The notes under the pieces are model-generated. The model did no database searches. It worked only from the letters and a program-made list of their open reading frames with translations, and had not been told where the DNA came from. This document shows, piece after piece, positions 15,735-30,664 of a stretch of 64,000 bases of DNA. The stretch's first letter is position 1; every line of letters begins with the position of its first letter. Both the position numbers and the translations under genes were made by a program. Where the stretch lies: positions 46,872,001 through 46,936,000 of the forward strand of contig OZ024751.1 of the NCBI GenBank assembly GCA_964016885.1. The letters are read 5' to 3'. The DNA is from Eledone cirrhosa. Taxonomy: Eukaryota.

Positions 15735-16372
15735 ACATGGAAAAAGGGAGAGCAAGGAGAAAAGGAGAGCAAGGAGAGCAATGAGAAAAGGAGAACAAGG
15801 AGAGCAGGATAAAAGGAGAGCGAGGAAAGCAATTAGAAAAGGAGAGCAATGAGAGCAAGGAGAGGAAGAAGAAAGGGGGAGCAAGGAGAGCAATGAGAAA
15901 AAGAGAGCAAGGAGAGCAAAGGTAAAAGGAGAGCAAGAAGAGCAAAGATAAAGGAGAGCAAGGAGAGCAATGAGGAAAGGTGAGCAAGGATAAAAGGGGA
16001 GCAAGGAGAGCAATGTGAAAAGGAGAACAATGCGAAGGAGGAGAAAGGGAGAGCAAGGAGAGTAATGAGAAAGGGAGAGCAAGGAGAGCAGGATAAAAGA
16101 AGAGCGAGGAGAGCAATGAGAAAAGGAGAGCAATGAGAGCAAAGATAAAAAGAGAGCAAGGAGAGAAAGGAGAGCAAGGATAAAAGGGAAGCAAGGAGGG
16201 CAATGTGAAAAGGAGAACAATGCGAAGGAGGAGAAAGGGAGAGCAAGGAGAGCAATGAGATCAATGAGAACAGGAGAGCAAGAAGAACAAGGAGAAAAGA
16301 AGAGCAATGAGGAAAGGAGAGCAAGGAGAGCAATGAAAAGAGGAGAGCAAGGCGAGCAAGGAGAGCAAAGCG
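15735..16372. repeat. Purine-rich degenerate minisatellite (GGAGAGCAA-based)
   Basis: Recurring GGAGAGCAAGGAGAGCAATGAG. Confidence 0.85.
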
Positions 16373-16698
16373 AGGTTAAGGCAAATATTGCTCAAGTTAT
16401 GCTGGAAGCAGACAAAGGCGAAGAAGGGGAAGTTTGCTGGGGTTGCCTGGCTGCGTCCATTTAAATTTCTCTAAGAAGAAAAAAGAAAATGGTCGAGATA
16501 GGGAACAGTATACCGCTTTTGAACAGAATTAATCGGTGCGTGTACTATGTTCCAACTTCAAGGCGTTTGAAGGTCGCCTAACAGTTGTCCGAATGAGCTA
16601 CAATTTTGCAGACTCCGTGTTTTTGTTAATTAAAACAGGATTAGTGGGTGGGAGCAGCAATATATTGATAAGGGCCACCCTAATATATATATATACCG

Positions 16699-16777
16699 AC
16701 GAAGGAAATGTGGTAAGGAACCAGGTGGACCATAACGCACCAAAGTACTCAATACTTAGGGTAGTAGAGTGGGTAAT
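16699..16777 (-). mobile_element. Family A tail only
   Basis: ACGAAGGAAATGTGGTAAGGAACCAGG...GGGTAAT. Confidence 0.75.
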
Positions 16778-16868
16778 ATATATATATATATGGAAGCAAT
16801 CAGCTTTGTTCAGAGCTTTAACTTTCGGAAATTACTTATTGCAAAGGGCTAAATTATATATATATAAA

Positions 16869-17351
<483 letters not shown>

Positions 17352-17676
17352 GTTATATAGTAAGGTGCATTATTGGTTGCGTAAAATGGTCCAATAACTT
17401 TATGTTACCAATATTAAGTTCTCCATGCTTTTGTATATCTCCAATTCCATTCGAGGGAACAGCTAGATGATGTAAAACGGAGTATAAGTATGAGGGAATG
17501 AATTCTGTGAGAGAACATCGTTATTTTTTTCTCCCTCATATCAAGAATTTGAAGACAATTCATTTTCACCTGATGAGATCAGTGATAATCGATCATGGCT
17601 TCACAATCGATATATCTCTTATTGAAACATGTGTCGTGATTAAATTATTGGAATTTTACCTTGCTTTCGGATTTTC

Positions 17677-17719
<43 letters not shown>

Positions 17720-17831
17720 AGCATTAGAGTTGAGAAATTAATTCGGTGCAGGATATCTAGTGTCATTCATATGCATAGGAACGACACAATACATCCGACT
17801 CCAAATTAACTTCTTCGTTTGATTAAACCTT

Positions 17832-17869
17832 TCTTCTGATGAAGGGATTTTAACCCGAAATATGAAAGA
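17832..17869 (+). ncRNA. Degenerate hammerhead motif
   Basis: UCUU-CUGAUGA-aGGG(auuuuaa)CCC-GAAAUAUGA-AAGA. The cleavage-site UH is not canonical. Confidence 0.45.
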
Positions 17870-18584
17870 CTGCTCAATAATTCCATGGTAACATTTCAAC
17901 ATTTTTGTTATCAATACTTTTAGGCTTCCATCTGCTAATAAAACGCACTAATCGAATCAATTGACAAGATCCCAGAAGACCTCAGTCGCTTCTGAAGAGT
18001 GGGGGGGGGGGGATGAACTCGTCAAATCGGACCAAGGAAACAATGTTTCCATTGGTCTGGCCAATTGATGATACTATCTATCGGCTGCAACTCCTGGCAG
18101 AAAATTGATAGTGAATGAAACTGGGGTAGACTAGACAGAACTGGTTTAGAAACCCATCAGATTTATAGGACTTGAAGATAATTCAAAGTTCCAGTCTTGT
18201 CACGTATCGTGTCATGCTAATTCGGCTTGGGAATTACGTTATGGGTACACGTGTCTGTAAAATACTCAACCCCTTACACGTTAATTTACGAGATGGGCGC
18301 CGTTCAGTTGATCAGACAAATGAATGCTTATTACCGAAACTGATCGAGCATCTATCATCATCATCATCATCATCATCACCACCCTTCTCCTCATTATCAT
18401 CATCATCACCATCATCACCATCATCATCTCATCCTCCTCATCATCATCATCACCTTCATACTCACCATCATGATCATCATGATCATCAACAGATACCCAG
18501 TGTCCAAGGCAAGGTTGCGATGGTCATGGCTGGAAACCCTCTGATGGTTCAGACTTGACCTGAGATTAACCAGCAACAACAACA

Positions 18585-18639
<55 letters not shown>

Positions 18640-18674
18640 TATATATACATACATACATGCATACATAAATACAT

Positions 18675-18713
<39 letters not shown>

Positions 18714-18740
18714 TATATACATACATACATGCATACATAA

Positions 18741-18821
<81 letters not shown>

Positions 18822-18862
18822 TATGTGTAAATATATAATTACACACACGCACACACACGTAC

Positions 18863-18951
<89 letters not shown>

Positions 18952-19105
18952 TTATATATATATATATATATATACACATATATATACATATGTATATATA
19001 TATATATATATACATATATATATACATATGTATATATATGTGTGTGTGTGTGTGTTCAACTCTAATTCTTTCTTTATCACTCTATTTGGCTATAATTGCT
19101 GTATA

Positions 19106-19250
<145 letters not shown>

Positions 19251-19682
19251 CCGACACCATCAACACCACCACCATCATCACCATCACCACCACCACCAAC
19301 AACAACAACAAGAAAGGTGATTTTGAAAGGAAAGTGATGTCTATGATATTGCAGTTATTCACGAGAGAACGCTGGAACAATGGAAGACGATAATTTCTGA
19401 GATTTCAACTTACAGGGTTTCAATAGATATTGTATTGTAGGGGAGTGGGGATAGTGGGGGGGGTAGGAGAGAGGGGGGGAGAGAGAGGGGGCAGAGAGAG
19501 AGAGAGTGATGGGAAGATGGGAGAGAGATTGGGAGATGGGGAGAGAGAGAAGGAGATAGAGGGAGAGAGAAGGAGATGGAGAGAGAGAGAGGGGCAGAGG
19601 GAGAGAGAGAGATTGGAGACAGAGTGAGAGGGAGAGAGAGAAGATGGAGAGAGAGTGAAAGAGAGATGGGGTAATATGATTG

Positions 19683-19931
19683 TTGCTAAGAAGCTGACAA
19701 TCAAAAAGAGAGAGAACGAGAGAGTGAGTGAGAGGGGGGGGGTGACATGCCGCTAAGAAGCTGACAATCAGAGAGAGAGGGCGAGATAAAGAGAGAGGGG
19801 CGGGGGGTGACATGCCGCTAAGAAGCTGACAATCAGAGAGAGAGGGCGAGAGACAGAGAGAGATAGGGAGAGAGAGAGAGGAGTGGGGTGACATGCCGCT
19901 AAGAAGCTGACAATCAGAGAGAGAGGGCGAT

Positions 19932-19968
<37 letters not shown>

Positions 19969-20012
19969 AAGAGGGGGGGGGGGGGTGACATGTCTCTAAG
20001 AAGCTGACAATC
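19683..20012. repeat. Five copies of GGGGTGACATGCCGCTAAGAAGCTGACAATC with variable (GA)n spacers
   Basis: Direct reading; the first copy is partial. Confidence 0.85.
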
Positions 20013-20124
20013 CTCCTCGTCAGAGTCTTCAGTGGATGATGGAAGACTCAACTCATTGAAATACGGAAATAATTGAGTATAAATTATCTGAAAATAATTT
20101 CCGTCTTCGTTTCGTTACATCACC

Positions 20125-21435
20125 TGTGTATGTGCCTGTGTGTCTGTGTGTATGTATCTGTGTATGTGCCTGTGTGTATGTGTGTATGTATCTGTGTATG
20201 TGCCTGTGTGTGTATGTGTATGTGACTGTGTGTGTGTCTGTGTATGTGTCTGTGTATGTGTCTGTGTGTATATCTGTGTATGTGTCTGTGTATGTGTCTG
20301 TGTGTATGTCTGTGTATGTGTCTGTGTGTATGTCTGTGTATGTGTCTGTGTGTATGTCTGTGTATGTGTGTCTGTGTGTATGTCTGTGTATGTGTCTGTG
20401 TGTATGTCTGTGTATGTGTCTGTGTATGTGACTGTGTGTATTCTGTGTTTGTGTCTGTGTGTATGTCTGTGTATGTGACTGTGTGTATGTCTGTGTATGT
20501 GTCTGTGTGTATGTCTGTGTATGTGTGTCTGTGTGTATGTCTGTGTATGTGTCTGTGTGTATGTCTATGTATGTGTCTGTGTGTATGTCTGTGTATGTGT
20601 GTCTGTGTGTATGTCTGTGTATGTGTCTGTGTGTATGTCTGTGTATGTGTCTGTGTGTATGTCTGTGTATGTGTCTGTGTGTATGTCTGTGTATGTGTGT
20701 CTGTGTGTATGTCTGTGTATGTGTCTGTGTGTATGTCTGTGTATGTGTCTGTGTGTATGTCTGTGTATGTGTCTGTGTGTATGTCTGTGTGTGTGTCTGT
20801 GTATATGTGTCTGTGTATGTGTCTGTGTGTATGTCTGTGTTTGTGTCTGTGTGTATGTCTGTGTTTGTGTCTGTGTGTGTGTATGTGTATGTGTCTGTGT
20901 GTATGTGTCTGTGTATGTGTCTGTGTGTATGTGTATGTGCCTGTGTGTATGTCTGTGTTTGTGTCTGTGTGTGTGTCTGTGTATATGTGTCTGTGTGTAT
21001 GTCTGTGTATATGTGTCTGTGTATATGTGTCTGTGTGTATGTCTGTGTATATGTGTCTGTGTATATATGTCTGTGTATGTCTGTGTATGTGTATGTGTGT
21101 ATGTGTATGTGTCTGTGTATGTGTCTGTGTATATGTGTCTGTGTATATGTGTCTTTGTATATGTGTCTGTGTATGTGTGTCTGTGTATATATGTCTGTGT
21201 ATGTGTCTGTGTATATATGTCTGCGTATATATGTGTATGCATATGTCCGTGTATGTGTCTGTGTATTTGTCTGTGTATATGTGTATGTGTATATGTGTCT
21301 GTGTATGTGTATGTGTATATGTCTGTGTATATATGTATGTGTGTATATGTCTGTGTATATGTGTCTGTGTATATGTGTCTGTGTATGTGTCTGTGTATAT
21401 GTATATATGTATGTGTGTATATATATATGTGTGTA
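20125..21435. repeat. Degenerate (TGTGTATGTC)-type satellite
   Basis: Direct reading. Confidence 0.9.
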
Positions 21436-21508
21436 CGTGTAAATGTTAGCGGCGACTATACACACAGATACACGCACGCACACACACACACACTCACACA
21501 CAACTTAG

Positions 21509-21574
<66 letters not shown>

Positions 21575-21746
21575 TCATATATATATGTCTGTGTTTTTAA
21601 AACAGCAAAACCAAATCAAATTTCCCAACACTTGCTCATTACTTTTCCTCGGACAAGTCATGTATACATACATACACTCACATACATACAATTACATACA
21701 CACACATATATACATACATACATACATACATACATACATACATACA

Positions 21747-21777
<31 letters not shown>

Positions 21778-21811
21778 GCACACACACATATATGATATAT
21801 ATATGCGTGTT

Positions 21812-21863
<52 letters not shown>

Positions 21864-21910
21864 TATAAATCCGTACGTACACACATTCACACACACATAC
21901 ATGTATATAT

Positions 21911-22008
<98 letters not shown>

Positions 22009-22045
22009 TATCTTTATGTATATGTATATATGTATATGGTATAAG

Positions 22046-22159
<114 letters not shown>

Positions 22160-22484
22160 TGTGTGTGTCTGTGTGTGTCTGTGTGTGTGTGTGTGTGTGT
22201 GTATACACGTTTTACATAATTCTGTCTATTGCTGCTGTCCAGTCGATGTTTTTTCACGTGTGCCTCTATAAGTCTTAATTTCTATCTTTCTTCTTCATCT
22301 GGTCTTCATTCCCACGCCATTTTAACACTAACAACATGGCCGCCACTCAATAAATTTACCATCACTTTTGTGAAACACTGACAGCGCTAAGGAGATGTCG
22401 TTTTTTTTTTCCTTTCCACTTTCACTGCTCTGCGCTGTTTATATCTATTTATGAAGTTATTATATATTGTCATTAGTAGTGCTG

Positions 22485-23185
22485 TGGTCGTTGTTGTTGC
22501 TACTGTTGCTTTTGTTGCCGTTGTTGTTGCTGTTCTTGCTATTGTTGTTGCTGTAGTTGTTATTGTTGTTGCTGTAGTTGTTATTGTTGTTGCTGTAGTT
22601 GTTATTGTTGTTGCTGTAGTTGTTATTGTTGTTGCTGTAGTTGTTATTGTTGTTGCTGTTTTTGCTGTAGTTATTGTTGTTACTGTTTTTGCTGTGGTTG
22701 TTATTGTTGTTGTTGTTGTTGCTGTGGTTATTATTGTTGTTGCTGTAGTTGTTATTGTTGTTGCTGTAGTTGTTATTGTTGTTGCTGTAGTTGTTATTGT
22801 TGTTGCTGTTTTTGCTGTAGTTGTTATTGTTGTTGCTGTTTTTGCTGTAGTTGTTATTGTTGTTGCTGTTTTTGCTGTAGTTGTTATTGTTGTTACTGTT
22901 TTTGCTGTAGTTGTTATTGTTGTTGCTGTTTTTGCTGTAGTTGTTATTGTTCTTGCTGTTTTTTTTACTATTGTTGTTATTGTTGTTGCTGTTCTTGCTA
23001 TTGTTGTTATTATTGTTGCTGCTGCTGCTGCTGTTATTGTTTCCTATTTCTGTCCGTTTGTGGTTTAATTTAGTAGTAGTTGTCGTTGCTGTTGTTGTTG
23101 CTGTTGCTGTTGTTGTTGTTGTTGTTATTAATGCTGTGGTTGTTATTGTTGTTATTGTTGTTGTTATAGTTCTAGTTATTGTTAT
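22485..23185. repeat. (GTT)n-derived minisatellite (21/30-bp units)
   Basis: GTTGTTGCTGTAGTTGTTATT repeats. Confidence 0.85.
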
Positions 23186-23552
23186 TCAATTAAATTATTG
23201 ATGATGTCAGTAGTGGTGCTGCTGTTTCTGTTGATGACGATGGTGGCAGTGGTACTCATGCAGCTGATGATGATGATGATGGCAGTGATGGCGATGCTGT
23301 AGCTGATGAGGATAGTGGTGATGATGGTGGCGGCGGTAGCATTTGCGAATAAAATGCGTGAAATGAAAATAAATGTTTGTTAAATTGATAATTCATTGTC
23401 CATTTTCGATAGGTATATATTGCGATCTCTGTTGATAGCAAGTAGTTGCCCTTATCGATCTCTTCCATTGACACTACTACATTTTCCAATCACAGTATCG
23501 CATCGAGTACTGGAAATGGTTTACTTCAGCTTTTAATGAAATATCTAATCAA

Positions 23553-23621
<69 letters not shown>

Positions 23622-23673
23622 ATAAACGTGCTGAGTGGATGGTTGGAAGATCCCTGATGAAGGACTAACTTTA

Positions 23674-23737
<64 letters not shown>

Positions 23738-23823
23738 TTAAATCAAAAAACAATAACGAAGAGTGCAGTACAAAGTGTTAGTTCACGCTTGAGAGTATGG
23801 GGGGGGGGGTATATATATATATA

Positions 23824-23993
23824 TAACGAAGGAAGTGTGGTAAGGAACCAGATGGACCATAACGTACCAGAGTACTCAATACTTAGGGTAATAGGAAAAT
23901 GTTCAAGACCCCGACGGCAGAGCCCAAGCCGCTTCGACCTTGAGCCGGTCGAAACGGCTTGAGCTCTACCGTCGGGGTCTTGAACATTTTACT
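23824..23993 (-). mobile_element. Family A fold-back element
   Basis: Tail plus palindrome centred near 23943. Confidence 0.8.
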
Positions 23994-24154
23994 ATATATA
24001 TATATATATGACTGAGGTGTATTGTAGCAGTGTGTTAATGTATAAAGTAGATGTTTTTTGACGGCTACGACAATGCAAAATGGACGATAGATTTTGGAAT
24101 AAGTATGTACTGTCCTAATATTTCGTGTCTTAAAGCCGTTCGAAAATGTGCATG

Positions 24155-24205
<51 letters not shown>

Positions 24206-24224
24206 GTGTGTGTGTGTGTGTGTG

Positions 24225-24496
24225 TTTAGCCTAACCCATCATCAGGCCGCAGCTTATCTCAGTTTTATGAAGTGTTAAACACTTTTTAACTTGAGGTGCG
24301 ATCATGAGAAGCCGCTCTATCGGAAAACTTAACCCCCAGTTGGTGTTTCTAACTTCGGCTCAGCTGAGCGGACTGACGAAATATAAAAAAGAAGTAACTT
24401 GCTGAAAGGGCATAACGCACCATCCAACTAGGGAATCGAACCCACGACTTTATGATCACGAGCCCAACGTCCTAACCACTAAGCCACGCACCTTCA
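24225..24496 (-). mobile_element. tRNA-derived SINE (older)
   Basis: GTGGCTTAGTGGTTAGG...GGGTTCGATTCCC head. Confidence 0.65.
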
Positions 24497-25060
24497 GAAT
24501 TACCTCTATTTAATCTATTAAACTATTAATTTATGAATCTATTAAACATAATCACAAACATATAACATTAACTTCACACTAACAATGAAGATTTTTAAAA
24601 AGAAATATATATTGATAAAAAACAAATAAATATTTTTCTAACTAGTAAAATTAGTTCCACTATTAACAATACACATCCACCCGTTTTCCACCACTTATAC
24701 ACCCGTTATACATCCGTTAACCTATAACAAAGACATAAATATATAAATCATATGAAGTAATATAAAATAAGCGAAAAAGAAATGGTTGAAATAAAACCTA
24801 ATTATTTCTTTAAGATGCCGAAAAGCGATAAGTATTGTCTGTTGCCTATTGCATTGAAAGGGTGGATGGGTAGCCTGGATCGTTTGTCGGGTGTATAGAG
24901 GGTGGGGTGTTATACAGCTTTTTGTGTAAGATATCTCATTCAGTCTAATGAATTTAGGTATAACGTTATAATGTATGAAACATTTAGGTATAGCGACATA
25001 TATATATATATACACACACACATAAAACGGTATTAAATCTATTAACCAAGTATATGTATG

Positions 25061-25119
<59 letters not shown>

Positions 25120-25124
<5 letters not shown>

Positions 25125-25251
25125 TAGCCGTCGAAACGGCTTGAGCTCAGCCGTCGGGGTCCTACTCGTTCCTATTACCCACTCTACTACCCTAAGTATT
25201 GAGTACTTTGGTGCGTTATGGTCCACCTGATTCCTTACCACATTTCCTTCG

Positions 25252-25253
<2 letters not shown>
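25120..25253 (+). mobile_element. Family A, single arm plus tail
   Basis: AGAATTAGCCGTCGAAACGGC...GCCGTCGGGGTC plus tail. Confidence 0.8.
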
Positions 25254-25300
<47 letters not shown>

Positions 25301-25699
25301 TACATGTGTGGATGTATGTATGTGATATGGATATACATAGTTTGGTGCCCGAGTGCGCGGTTAGCCCAACGGAAGTGAGGGAACCCTGGAGGGACATCAT
25401 TCTAATAGAAGGAAAACTCTGATGTAAAACCTGCGACTCGATGTCAGCCAATGATGTTGACCTGTTCTTCTTTTTGGATAATTGTCACCATTATCCAGGG
25501 AGTGGGGTTGGTCCAGTGCAAGGCCTTTCTTTATTTAAAAAAAAAACCTACAAGCACAGGCATCATTTGATCTAAACGGCTTTCGTGTTGCGTGAGCATA
25601 GCATTTTCTCTTTTTCTTTCACTGCAGCATATGTTGAAAGGAATCTAAGTGCCATCCATGTATGAGAAAAAGGGTAATGGGATGGCAATTCTCGAAACT

Positions 25700-25968
25700 G
25701 AGATTCAGCCACTTTATATGTATGTATGTTATCTCTTTCTCTTAATTTCGAGTTTATTTTTTGACCGGCCACCTTCCTGGTGGCAAGGTTGTAAAAGAAA
25801 AGAAATTGTCATCCCTTGAATCGCAAGAATGTTTTGCAAATTTTGAAGGTGCCAGCTATCGCAGCCATTTGTAGACTATAAATTAGGGAGCTGCGCTCTT
25901 TGTCCGTAAATCCAATTTCAGTCATACTTTGGCCCAAGCGGGTTGGTATATAACCCGTAGCTCCAATA
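25700..25968 (-). mobile_element. RLE-type non-LTR element 3' end
   Basis: IIGATGYIPTRL...IGF...LQMAAIAGTFKICKTFL*; abuts (TATG)n. The 3' UTR boundary is approximate. Confidence 0.68.
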
Positions 25969-26057
25969 ATGTATGTATGTATGTATGTATGTATGTATGT
26001 ATGTATGTATGTATGTATGTATGTATGTATGTATGTATGCATGTATGTATGTATAAC

Positions 26058-26713
26058 ACTGGCTGGACTAAAAAGTCACACTCGTTCAGCGCATCGGTAG
26101 GGGTTCTCCTACATGGATATAAAGTAGTGGCCGTACTCGAAAACAAGTTGGCAGCCACTATGTATGTATGTATTATGTCGGGTCACTCTTGAGTGCTACT
26201 GGCAACATGTAACCCAGTACAACCTGTCGCATGGTCGGGTTGTCGGCGACTAAACCAGAAACCCCACCAAGCTTACTTGGTGAGGAGGGTGATTTTGGAC
26301 AGCCTGCAGGAAAAAAAAAAAAACCTGACAAAGGGCGGAAGAACTCATTAGAGTCAACGGTCATCCGAAAGTGTGTAAATATGTATATATGCATCTACCT
26401 CGCGGTTAAACCACTGGGAGTGAAGGACCCCTAGCCTTTGTCAGGGCATTCTTCTAGGAGAAGGCAACTCAGGAAACTGGGATAACTCCGATATAAAACC
26501 TGCGGCTCAGTAGTTATCGATGATGTTGATCTTTTCTTCTTTTCGGGTTATAGCTACTGTCGCTCAGAGAGTGGGATTGGCTCAGTGTACAGTCTTTCCT
26601 CACTTTAAAAATTATCTTCACGCACAGGCATTGCATCATAGAAATAATTAATAATTATTAATAATGGTATATCGTGCAATGGCCATACTCGATAACGAGG
26701 AGGCAGCCATCAT
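26058..26713 (+). mobile_element. Family H 3' fragment (26058-26161) followed by a diverged subfamily copy (26177-26713)
   Basis: Diverged head GTCGGGTCAC...GGCGACTAAAC and tail GGCCATACTCGATAACGAGGAGGCAGCCATCAT. The same tail occurs at 7236-7278; a related decayed piece lies at ~25390-25570. Confidence 0.72.
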
Positions 26714-26780
26714 GTATGTATGTATGTATGTATGTATGTATGTATGTATGTATGTATGTATGTATGTCATGTATGTTTAT

Positions 26781-27419
26781 GTCAGGTCACCAGTTGGTGC
26801 TACTGGTAACATGTATCCTAGTACAACCTGTCTCATGGTCGGGTCGTTGGCGACTAAACTGGCAACCCCACCAAGGTTTCTTGGTGAGGAGGGTGACTTT
26901 GGACATCCTGCAGGACTAAAAACAAAACCTGTCAAAGGGCAAAGGAGCTCTTAAGAGTCAATGGCCATCCAAAATCACCGGGAGAGATGACCCCTTTAGC
27001 CTTAGTCAAGGCAGAATTCTAGGAGAAGGAAAACTCTGATATAACACCTGCAACCCTGATGGTATCCAATGATGTTGACTTGTTCTTCTTTTTGGTAAAT
27101 AGCATCTTGGTTAAGAGAGTGGGACTGGCTTTGTGCAGTGCCTTTGCTCACTATAAAAGCTTCACGGCACAGGCATTGCTTTATATCTGGAGATCTCTCT
27201 GCACTTGTCCTCACATGGGCCCAGCACTATGTGTCAATGATTGTCCTACCATGGGCCTAGCACTATGTGTCAATGATTGTCACAGGTGTAGTGTTTGTAC
27301 CAGAGGTTTCAAGTCGCTGGCTGGACTAAAAAGTCACACTCGTTCAGCGCTTCGGTAGGGGTTATCATACATGGATGTAAAGTAGTGGCCGTACTCGAAA
27401 ACGAGTTGGCAGCCACCAT
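26781..27419 (+). mobile_element. Family H, full length
   Basis: Near-identical to 62092-62701. Encodes [20 protein letters not shown]; has an internal ~36-bp duplication. Confidence 0.82.
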
Positions 27420-28233
27420 GTATGTATGTATGTATGTATGTATGTATATATGTATGTACGTATGTATGTATTTACGTATGTATATACAACAAGCGTTTGA
27501 AGGCCATTTTCACCATCAAAGCAGGGTTTAGCATTGCGGGTTCAATGTGGGTTCACTTTTAGATGGCCTCTCTTCGGACACATTGGATAATGTGATTTTG
27601 AATGCTTAAGATGGTCACGACTGGAATCACTTTTCAATATGTCTGCCCTATCACCTGTGGCACAAGCAACAACAACAACACACACAGTCACAAGCAAACG
27701 TAAACTTAAAAACAAATGTATTTGATCACACATTTACACGCATACACACGAACACACACGCAAACGCACAGGGCAACAGACACACTAACACAGACACACC
27801 AATTAGATAAGAGACTTCAACAGATTTCAATAGAAATCATAACATTTGGCAGCCATTGTGATGATCACGTGTCAAGGGATATGGAGGGTGAATCAAAGAA
27901 AAGCAGACGACAATACTATCTGTCGGCTGCTCCCGACATATTGTAGATGCTATCTTGTGTGATTGTGTGCGTGAGAGTGTTACTGTGTGTGTGTGTGAGT
28001 TTGTGGTACGGCTTGTGTTTGTTTATGTGTGTGTATGTGTGTTTGTGGTAGGGTTTGTGTGTGAAAGTGTTATATAACAGGCCAAGCAAATCTGTTGCCG
28101 TCACTTTACACATGTCATCTAGCTTGTGTGTTTGAACACGTAAAAACCACACCACATCCACACACCCCCAGCGAGAGACACAGAACATACACTCACGTAT
28201 ATATATGTGTGTGTGTGTGTGTGTGCGTGAGTG

Positions 28234-28280
<47 letters not shown>

Positions 28281-28499
28281 AAATACACACACGCAAACAC
28301 GCACACACACTCATATTTTACGTAAAACGATGAAGTTTCATTTACATGTATTTAGGTTTTTATTTTTTATCGCAGAGGATTGAGTCAAGGTCACCCATAG
28401 AACTTATAGACCTGACCTGACTCCAGTATCGACCTGCTCTTTAGAATGATGATTCAACAAAAAGTACACTGTTTGTGTATGTAATTCATTGAATCACAC

Positions 28500-28543
<44 letters not shown>

Positions 28544-28564
28544 TATATATATATGAAAAATATG

Positions 28565-28617
<53 letters not shown>

Positions 28618-28758
28618 TATATTATATTATATATATGATGATTTCTCACGAATTAAACAGTTCTAGTCCTGTAGAAGCTCTTCTATATTAAAACTTTTAT
28701 ACTCTGCTATGTATTGAGTACCTTACTTACTGTGGTTACCTCCGATTCAACCCGGAAT

Positions 28759-29237
<479 letters not shown>

Positions 29238-29240
29238 TAT

Positions 29241-29433
29241 AAGGGCGCTGGATTGGCAGTATCGGTGGAGGGTCGGACGCCATGCTTTCCAACATAGTTA
29301 CGTCCCTTTACGATCTGAGTTCAAATTCCGCTGAGGTTGACTTTGCCTTTCATCCTTACAGGGTCGATAAAATAAAGTACCAGTAATGCACTGGGGTAAT
29401 TGCTGGCCTTGTGCCTAAAGTAGAAACAATTAT

Positions 29434-29435
<2 letters not shown>
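29241..29435 (+). mobile_element. tRNA-derived SINE (family J)
   Basis: A-box-like TGGCAGTATCGG, B-box GAGTTCAAATTCC, body GCCTTTCATCCTT...GGGTCGATAAAATAAAGTACC, (ATT)n-like tail. Confidence 0.8.
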
Positions 29436-29489
<54 letters not shown>

Positions 29490-29551
29490 GCACACTCACA
29501 CAGAGAAAGAGATATACACACAGACACACAGAAGCACACACACAGACACCC

Positions 29552-29621
<70 letters not shown>

Positions 29622-29661
29622 GATATTAATAAATGGAAACTATATTTATAAAACCATATTT

Positions 29662-29724
29662 ATTTCATTATACATATTTCAGGGATACCACATTAAATTA
29701 TGGTATGCCTTCATCAGACAAAAT
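29662..29724 (-). ncRNA. Type-I hammerhead motif in a non-palindromic insert between (TA)n arrays
   Basis: AUUUUGU-CUGAUGA-AGGcAUACCA(10 nt)UGGUAUcCCU-GAA-AUAUGUAU-A-AUGAAAU. Confidence 0.75.
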
Positions 29725-29797
29725 ACAATATATAACAGTTTTACAAATAGGTTTGACGCACCCTTTAAAATACAACCATTACTTTTGGAGGGTGTCT

Positions 29798-29879
<82 letters not shown>

Positions 29880-29991
29880 ATATATACTTAAAAATAAGAA
29901 GAAAGCATAACGGGAGAAAGTTTCCCTTCATCAATTGTCTGCTGGGGTCCTGAAGTATACCTTATCCCGCAACTACACAGCCCCTCTCTTC

Positions 29992-30079
<88 letters not shown>

Positions 30080-30082
<3 letters not shown>

Positions 30083-30270
30083 CAAAGGAATAGTGGTAAG
30101 GAACCAGGTGGACCATAACGCACCAGAGTACTCAATACTTAGGGTAGTAGAATGGGAAATAGGAAAAAGTATGACCCCGACGGCAGGGCTCAAGCCCTTT
30201 CGACGGCTATTTCTAGTCCAGAAATAGCCGTCGAAACGGCTTGAGCTCTGCCGTCGGGGTCATACTTTTT

Positions 30271-30273
<3 letters not shown>
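30080..30273 (-). mobile_element. Family A fold-back element
   Basis: Tail plus palindrome centred near 30216. Confidence 0.8.
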
Positions 30274-30310
<37 letters not shown>

Positions 30311-30436
30311 TATATATGTGTGTGTGTGTGTACGCATGTATGTATGAATGTATGTGTATTATAATGCACGCGGCGCACACAGACACATATTTGTGAATAT
30401 ATATATATATATACATATATATATACTGTATATATA

Positions 30437-30571
30437 CAAGAGTCAGGACACCGACGGCTGAGCTCCGGCCGTTTCGACAGCTAGATCCGAACTGAGCCAG
30501 TAGTATACTGGTTTAGTTCGGTGCTATCTGTCGAAACGGCTGGAGCCCAGCCATCGGGGTCCTGACCCCTT

Positions 30572-30576
<5 letters not shown>
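30437..30576. mobile_element. Family A fold-back element (diverged, longer centre)
   Basis: GTCAGGACACCGACGGCTGAGC...CCAGCCATCGGGGTCCTGAC. Confidence 0.7.

Positions 30577-30660
<84 letters not shown>

Positions 30661-30664
<4 letters not shown>

Larger units (their letters stand above)
14857..16682. mobile_element. Non-autonomous TIR DNA transposon-like element
   Basis: Termini TAGGGTGACCCTTAT / ATAAGGGCCACCCTA, with ~120 bp imperfect subterminal inverted similarity (GCTCCCACCC, TGCAAAA...TAGCTCA, AGGCGACC); (TA)n flanks. Confidence 0.7.

Noticed and set aside
19683-20012. Repeat-spacer pattern as CRISPR
   Set aside because: Spacers are related (GA)n tracts.
22300-22400. YY1-like motifs (CGCCATTTT, AACATGGC) as a promoter
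   Set aside because: Short motifs only; no supporting exon or CpG-rich context.
23640-23680. CTGATGA at 23654 (also 17570, 17992, and 20015-20031 minus) as hammerheads
   Set aside because: No downstream stem II + GAAA + UH arrangement.
24420-24496. Functional tRNA genes here and at 61626
   Set aside because: Imperfect stems or anticodon loops, and attached SINE-like bodies.
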